Positions 61,650 to 64,000 of a stretch of DNA of 64,000 nucleotides are shown here, piece after piece. The position numbers and the translations under genes are program-made. This stretch comes from Paramoeba atlantica. Taxonomy: Eukaryota > Protista > Discosea. The notes below the pieces were generated by a model, which searched no databases, was not told the origin of the DNA, and saw only the letters and a program-made list of their open reading frames with translations. Every line of letters starts with the position of its first letter. Position 1 is the stretch's first letter. Location of the stretch: NCBI GenBank assembly GCA_977017575.1, contig CDRNVI010000041.1:186001-250000 (forward strand), written 5' to 3'.

Positions 61650-62652
61650 AGGCACGGCCCAAGTTTAGATTTCGATCGACATTGGGCGAAGTTTTCGAGA
61701 TGAACGTTCTTCCCATGGGTCATCGCTGCGCACCAGAAATCTGCACACTGTTACCGCCGCAATTGCCGGCGAGAGGTCGGTGTGTCAGGAGCGTTTCTCG
61801 TTTCACAGAGGTGCCACTGACGTTTACGTCGACGGAGTTCGTTTTTCGGGGACAGCGAACGAGACCGTCGAATACGCTCGCTTTATTGACGAGCGGTGTT
61901 CCAAAGCAAACGGCCCTCTTTAAAGACGCCGACAGCCCCCTGCTTTGAAGTATGTTTTCAAAGGGGTGGCTTTCGACCACGACACTCTTACGGCCTGCCT
62001 GGGACCGAGAGTGGTCAGTAAACTGCAAAAAGACAAATTTCATAAATTGTCTTTTGGTGATCTTGAGGCGGCGGTGGGGCGGTCTTCTGTATGGATCTGC
62101 AGTCTTGCGGCTCAATATGCCACGCTTTTATTTAGCGATGAAAGTCGCGCAGCGTAGGATCAACTTATTAAATCGCTGTCCGTATTTTATCGACAAGCAG
62201 TTGATCTTCCGGTAGTTACTCGTTCTACACTTACCGAATGGCGAAATGAATTGATATGCAATCTTCCCCGACCCCCGCCTCCTCATCCTGACACCGTTCC
62301 TCACCACCACAAGTTATACACGGATGCTTCTGCGAAGGGATGGGGGGGCATCATTTACCTTGATTCTGGGGAGGTATTAATTACTGGTGAGGCATGGCCG
62401 AAAAATTTTAAGTATGAAGTGAATCGGCCGAAGCGATGGCGGTCCGCTTAGCTATTAAAAAGTTTGCTATGCACTCCCCCAAAGGAACGTGCTTGGATAT
62501 CTTCGTGGATAACACCTCTGTAAGGCAGCGTTGAACAGGAGATTATCGAAGTCAGAAGGAGTGTCAAAGAATTGAAAGAAATAATACGAGACACTGAGAA
62601 ACGTGGGATTTGTGTCGAGGCGAGATATGTGTCTACGTTGAACAATCCGCCG
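61600..62652 (+). pseudogene. RT and RNase H remainder, broken by several single-base frameshifts
   Basis: DFTCGFYQI, LPMGHRCAPE, DVYVDGV, YVFKGVAFD; RNase H LYTDASAKGWGG, AEAMAVRLA, DIFVDNTSV and YVSTLNNP. Confidence 0.88.
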
Positions 62653-62656
62653 ATCA

Positions 62657-63617
62657 TATTTCTTTTTTAGGCTCTTCGTTAAACGCGGTGGTTGCTTTCA
62701 ACTTAGAAGTCACTCATGCTGCGCGCTTCGCGTTGAAAACTACCGCCGCGTTTAACGAAGAGCCTAAAAAAGAAAATTTAGCCTGGAAAACGGAAAGATT
62801 ATAGCCAAAAATAGCCGAATTTCGGGTACAAATGGGGTCATTTTCGCATATTTTTGGCTCTCAGAGCACTAAATCCGACATTTGCGCGTGGGAAATCACT
62901 CGCAGCATGAATGAAAGCCTACCGAACGTATTGGGTAGAGAATACGACTCCAACCATACCATTCTTTCGACACAAAAATGCCCCTTTAGGTCCGAAAAAT
63001 ACTTTTTCACCTTTTTTAGTCAAAAGTGGGTCAATTTGAGGGGCGCACCACAGTTCGAAGAAGTGATACCTTGCGAAAACAACTGCGTAGAAAGCTAGTG
63101 TAGGTCCCAAACTATCAAAATACAATAGGGGAAACGATTTGGAAAATATTTTTTTTGTCATTTTTTTCGCCAAGTTGAATTTTTTTTTGGAAAAATTTTT
63201 TCCGAAAAAATCCGAACTTGGCGGACCCGTCCTGCGGATACGCGGGGGGGTCACCCCCGGGTAGGGGGGTGGAAAATGCGCGCCAAGACCCCGGCTACCC
63301 TTTCTGCGGTTTTTTTTTCGAAAACTAATTTTTTTCGAAAAAATTTGCTCGACCCTGGATGACCCCCCCCCTGGACCCCCCCCCTGGACCCCCCCCCTGG
63401 ACCCCCCCCTGGACCCCCCCCCTGGACCCCCCCCCTGGACCCCCCCCATGGACCCCCCATTTTTTTCAAAAATTTTTTTCAGTTTTGGACCACCGGAGCC
63501 CCCTTTTATATTTTTTTCTTCTATTATATTACTGTGTTCCTCTTTATATTTTCACTGTTTTTGTTCACTTTTTTTTCAATAATCGAGTGTAGAGCGGTAG
63601 TTTTACAACCACCGCAA
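62657..63617 (+). mobile_element. Full-length R1 unit
   Basis: Same termini and interior as 55908-56830, with a longer minisatellite. Confidence 0.9.
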
Positions 63618-63650
63618 TAAGTCGGGGTAAAGAAGTTGACATTAAACAGA

Positions 63651-64000
63651 TTGCGGTGGTTGTAAAACTACCGCTCTACACTCGATTATTGAAAAAAAAG
63701 TGAACAAAAACAGTGAAAATATAAAGAGGAACACAGTAATATAATAGAAGAAAAAAATATAAAAGGGGGCTCCGGTGGACCAAAACTGAAAAAAAAATTT
63801 GAAAAAAATGGGGGGTCCATGGGCGGGGTCCAGCGGGGGGGTCCAGGGGGGGGGGGCATGGTCGAGCAAATTTTTTCGAAAAAATTAGTTTTCGAAAAAA
63901 AACCGCAGAAAGGGTAGCCGGGGTCTTGGCGCGTATTTTCCATCCCCCTACCCGGGGGTGACCCCCCCGCGTATCCGCATGACGGGTCCGCCAAGTTCGG
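63651..64000 (-). mobile_element. Inverted R1 unit running off the window end
   Basis: A|TTGCGGTGGTTGTAAAACTACCGC, 33 bp after the preceding unit, tail-to-tail. Confidence 0.9.

Larger units (their letters stand above)
57771..62654 (+). mobile_element. VIPER-like tyrosine-recombinase retrotransposon (gag, YR, RT/RNase H), 3'-truncated by an R1 insertion
   Basis: The order gag-YR-RT/RH matches kinetoplastid VIPER elements. The 5' boundary is uncertain. Confidence 0.85.

Noticed and set aside
1-64000. Spliced-leader RNA, rRNA or snRNA genes
   Set aside because: No SL core (CAGTTTCTGTAC-like) or rRNA-like conserved stretch was noticed by eye; a covariance-model scan would be needed to exclude small RNAs.

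Overview
Eukaryotic, kinetoplastid DNA. The F1-ATPase alpha subunit has the divergent euglenozoan/trypanosomatid-type C-terminus. All roughly 30 housekeeping genes in 1-39.1 kb are intronless and on the + strand, i.e. one polycistronic directional gene cluster. Compactness and the short LRR family suggest a Perkinsela-like prokinetoplastid (inference only). Cluster genes: ERGIC3/Erv46, a Qc-SNARE, an MRG-domain protein, eIF4E, SPT4, BDP1, SEC20, four LRR genes, a mitochondrial carrier, an ALKBH6-like dioxygenase, PIG-H, Pho88/SND2, CTF18, a YEATS protein, eIF2B-alpha, an SRP9-like protein, adenylate kinase, kinesin-13, ATP synthase alpha, an RF-1-domain protein with GGQ changed to GGG, and a SET methyltransferase. 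Relics of TA-flanked Tc1/mariner-type elements and MITEs lie between genes. From 39.1 kb to the end is a mobile-element island. It holds (i) a Helitron2/proto-Helentron-like Rep-PIF1 helicase gene on the - strand whose N-terminus continues, across a one-base frameshift, an upstream array of about 16 zinc fingers (about 2,790 aa if fused), with an RRM mini-ORF downstream; (ii) a ~0.9-kb non-coding hairpin-ended repeat family in head-to-tail and inverted arrays on both sides of it, with one copy inside the gene cluster, probably the non-autonomous partner; (iii) a VIPER-like tyrosine-recombinase retrotransposon (gag, YR, RT/RNase H) with a candidate -1 frameshift signal and an in-frame UAG at the end of gag. 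Several ORFs are broken by single-base indels; I cannot tell assembly error from decay. No rRNA, convincing tRNA, SL RNA or CRISPR array was seen. All homology calls come from motif recognition by eye, not database searches.
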